Assembly (NCBI RefSeq): GCF_004010195.1
Contig: NC_057719.1
Location: 56,363,079 to 56,427,078 of the forward strand
Length of the DNA stretch: 64,000 nt
Origin: Chiloscyllium plagiosum
Taxonomy: Eukaryota
Reading direction: 5' to 3'
The notes below the pieces were generated by a model. It was not told where the DNA came from. It saw only the letters and a program-made list of their open reading frames with translations, and did no database searches. This document shows positions 60,601 to 64,000 of the stretch, one piece after another. The number at the start of each line of letters is the position of its first letter. The first letter of the stretch is position 1. A program made the position numbers and the translations under genes.

Positions 60601-63600
60601 CTGTTTAAATTCAAGGCTGACTTGCAAAGATAGACAAAAAAAAATGTTAATCACATGACCCAGTCTTTCCAAGTAAAATACTGCATGATTTGTATGTACC
60701 CAATAAGCACTGACTTGGATTGTTTAACTGTTTTCTTCCCTTTAAAGTTGCAGGCAAATGGAAAATCATTTGAAAATGTAGAACTTGGGGACGTGAATAT
60801 GAAAAAGCAAAAGCTTCCTCGAAGGATCATTCACTTTGCTAGTGGCGAAACTATGGAGGAGTACAGCACGGATGAGGAGGACAAGGAAGATGAAAAGAAA
60901 GACTTATTGCCTATGATTGATACTGTAAGGTTGAAGTTCATTGAGTTCCTAATCTAATTCGCAAACAACTTCAGCGTGTAATGCATAATGTGAAACATTT
61001 TATTCACAGAGCACACTTCCTTGGGGTCCATTTCTGTGGTTTTACATGCTAAGATTTGCTACAGGTACACTGTCAGGTATGATCTACATCTATGTTATAA
61101 TGGACTACAATGTTGATTTGTGTGAACAATACACACAAGTTTCACTATTTGAAATCCACATTTACAACTTCCTCAATTTAAGGATTACAAAAAAACCCTT
61201 GAGAATGATTTACTTAGCTAATCAAAAATTATGGCACAAGAGGAAGTAATGTAACTTAAATGTCATTTTAAAAAATATTTGCAGTTCAACTGCAAACAAA
61301 CTTTCCAGTAGACTTACTAATTGACTCTGGGTTTAAGTTTGCATTTCTACACTCAACTTCTGATGTTCAATGCTAAATTGAGGTGCCAAGCTGATTCATT
61401 ACCTCAGTTGAACAAGGGAGATGTTAATAGGATCACTTCATGTGCAAGTCATTGATGGTATATAGGCTTGTTTTGTATTTCAATACCTTTTGCTATATTC
61501 AGTGCATGTGAACCTACTGTAAAATTGGTCAGTGTTCTGGTGGCTCACCACAACTCAAGCAGTATCAGAGATTGAGCATACCTCATCTGTATCTCTATAT
61601 CTTTGTTTATTAGACTTAAGGGAGGGGCAAGGTAAATCAGTATCTTTAAGTCATTTCATAATTTTTCTAAAACAATAAAGTGACCAAAAAGAAAAATGGC
61701 ATTAATGACAATACCTTGCGAGCACTAATGCTGCAAAACTGATAGGTTAATTTTTAAACAAACGTCCTTTTTTCTAGTATTTGTTTTTATCTTCTCTCCA
61801 GAGTTTTTACAAGTGCAAGTCTAAACTGTTGGTAAGCTGTTTTGTCAGGGAGAGTAAAGCAGTCCAGCCTTATAGCAGAAGTCATTGAATACCAATGGGA
61901 AAGGGAACGGTAATTAATATTATTCCACCTTCTCTAGAAGCACCAAAGGCAAATGCAGAGCCTGGAGGTCAGGGAGGGAAGGAATACAAATAGAACAATG
62001 ATTCTGCAGAATGTTAGGCATTGTTAGCATCCAGGCAGGTTTTATTGTTTGGAGGAAAAGTTGATTAAAATGGAAAAAAACCTAGGCAAGTATTATGGAT
62101 AGAAAAATTAAACATCCATAGAGAAATAAATACGTAAATCAGCTTCTTAAAAGATGTTCCTACATGCCAAGGATTGCAGTTTAACAAAGCAGCTTACCAC
62201 ATCTTCTAAAAGGTATTTGGGAATAGACAGTAAATGCTGGCTCAGTCATTAATTCTAATTCCCTTGAACAAATTAAAAACAAACTGACTGAAGCAGTAGG
62301 AGACTCTGCAAGATTCATTGTATGCAGGTAGGGAAAATAAAGTTAGTTGGACAGGATCAGGCTGCAACAGTGTATCAACTTTGACATTCCTCATTGAGTA
62401 TTAAGGGATTTTGGAGGTCATGGCATTAAGTTCTTCAGAGATGAGATAAATGACAGTCTTTGAAATAATGGCTGAAGGTTCAAGATTAAATGGTGGAGAA
62501 ACATGAAATCTAGACTTCAATCATAGCAAAATAGTGGAAGCAAGATTATTCTAGAAGAAAATGGGCTTTTGGCACCATCATGTTCACCATAAATTTAAGC
62601 TATTACTAACAGGCTTCTTTTTTTTTTATATATAAAGTTTGTGACTTCTTGGGAGAAAAGTTAGCTTCACTTTTTGGTATAAATGCTCCAAAGTACCAAT
62701 ATGCTATTGACGAGTACTACAGGATAAAAAAGGAGGTAAGTGGATTGCATATGTTTGTTCAATAAGTTAAATTCAGCAAGCCATTTCACTTGTTTTATAA
62801 ATGAACAATAGGCAAATTAATTCTTTATGAACTCAGGAAATTCTTAGCCTAGACGCTTTAATTTCTAATATTTAGTGTGCTTTGTCAACTAGACTATTAA
62901 TATATTGACTTAAATTTTACAAGGATAATTGAATTTGCTTTCTATTGTGAGTATGCTGTGATTCAAATCCTTTTAAATATGCAAGAGTCAGATGTTTGAA
63001 AAAATTGAACCATCATTCGACCATTAATACCTACAGACAGGAAAGCAGGAATAATACACTGATGTAGTGAAACATCCATCTTATCCAATTTTGTGAAATC
63101 ATTGCTTTTCCAAGTGATCCTTTATCATGGAAGCAGCATATTTTCCACAAACTATTTGCAAATTAAAATATCTCTGCCATGTAGTTGAGATTGATGTTTC
63201 ATGCATTGTCAGAGGAAGATCAATACATAAGCAAGCATGTATGACATATTTCTGCCCAGTTACTGCAGTTGCCAAGTCAGGAAATTGGAAGTGATTTGTG
63301 TAGATATCATAAAATCAGATACAACTGACTGTGGGCTTTGCAAGCTAGTGTGGTAAACAAGTTACCTAGGTAGATCATGAGATCAGCTATGAGAAGTTTT
63401 TTTTTGTGTGGAGTTAACAAAGTTCGTAAGTGTCTGTGCAATAGGCAATTAAATTAGTCAGTATCCAGTTCTTTAAATGCATTTATAGATGTCAAAAGAA
63501 TACAGAGTATTCCCTGTAGTAGAACGGCATGCCAGACCTGCTATTAAAGTTCAGCAACATGAAATTTACAGGCACGATTACCTGTGGGTTACAGGAGAGG

Positions 63601-63915
63601 ATAGCATGGAATTGGCATAAAAGTATAGAAGTTAGAAAGTTATTTATAGGATAAGTTTGTAAAAGAATCTTGTTCAGCTAGGCTTGCTAATGCATGTAAA
63701 TGTTACAGGAGGAGGAGGAAGAGGAAGAAAATAAAATGTCAGAAGAAGCTGAAAAGAATTACCAAGAGCAAATGGAACAGCAGCAAGAGATGGTTAGTGC
63801 ACATGATGGTCTGCCAGTAGTTAATGCATCATTTGTGAATGTCAGCTTTGAAATGGAAAGTGATCCCACCATTATAACAGAAACTAAACAAAAAAGTGAT
63901 CCTATTCCAACCTAG
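60430..63915 (+). CDS. FAM177A1: FAM177A1, complete; 5 coding exons, about 210 aa
   Basis: FENVELG, PRRIIHFASGETMEEYSTDE, WGP.LWFYMLR, VCDFLGEK.AS, PKYQYAIDEYYR, EEEEEEEN.MSEEAEK and SFVNV.FEME match recalled FAM177A1. Confidence 0.95.
60748..60924 (+). CDS. FAM177A1: FAM177A1 exon 2; alternative start 60754
   Basis: aag|TTGCAG tandem in-frame acceptors, ACT|gtaagg donor. Confidence 0.92.
61010..61076 (+). CDS. FAM177A1: FAM177A1 exon 3 (STLPWGPFLWFYMLRFATGTLS)
   Basis: ttcacag acceptor, CAG|gtatga donor, 67 nt. Confidence 0.94.
62638..62735 (+). CDS. FAM177A1: FAM177A1 exon 4 (VCDFLGEKLASLFGINAPKYQYAIDEYYRIKKE)
   Basis: TACTAAC branch point, poly-T, aag acceptor, GAG|gtaagt donor, 98 nt. 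Confidence 0.94.
63709..63915 (+). CDS. FAM177A1: FAM177A1 exon 5 (EEEEEEENKMSEEAEK...SDPIPT*)
   Basis: ttacag acceptor, TAG at 63913-63915. Confidence 0.94.
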   Translation, partial: EEEEEEENKMSEEAEKNYQEQMEQQQEMVSAHDGLPVVNASFVNVSFEMESDPTIITETKQKSDPIPT

Positions 63916-64000
63916 AGGAAATTATCCTACAGAAGATGATGCAAGGGTTCAGCGCTGCCTGTTATCCTGAAAAACAGCTATGCCTTAATTCACTGAAAAT

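Overview
Eukaryotic, AT-rich, repeat-dense DNA, almost certainly from a cartilaginous fish (HE1-type V-SINEs, shark CR1/HER1 LINEs and Penelope families; species not determinable). Three spliced genes were reconstructed by hand with phase-consistent exons: (1) the 3' part of MIA2/cTAGE5 (+, 19 coding exons, 586-30522, about 648 aa of coiled-coil and proline-rich tail; 5' exons lie upstream of the window); (2) complete FBXO33 (-, 3 coding exons, 42484-34192, 460 aa), tail-to-tail with MIA2; (3) complete FAM177A1 (+, 5 coding exons, 60430-63915, about 210 aa), divergent from FBXO33. The remainder is CR1 LINEs, SINEs, a Gmr1-like Gypsy remnant, a Tigger-like MITE and many short Penelope-like insertions. 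Best leads: minimal hammerhead ribozyme cores in three Penelope families (two look intact), a Penelope copy carrying a 21/42/84-nt hierarchical minisatellite, a tandem array of tRNA-like Pol III units in MIA2 intron sequence, a MIA2 tail with no PPP motif, an apparently intronised MIA2 exon end, an in-frame uORF in FBXO33, and MIA2-FAM177A1 linkage mirroring MIA3-FAM177B. I found no clearly new multi-gene system. All homology calls rest on recalled protein or repeat sequences, not on searches; repeat boundaries are approximate.
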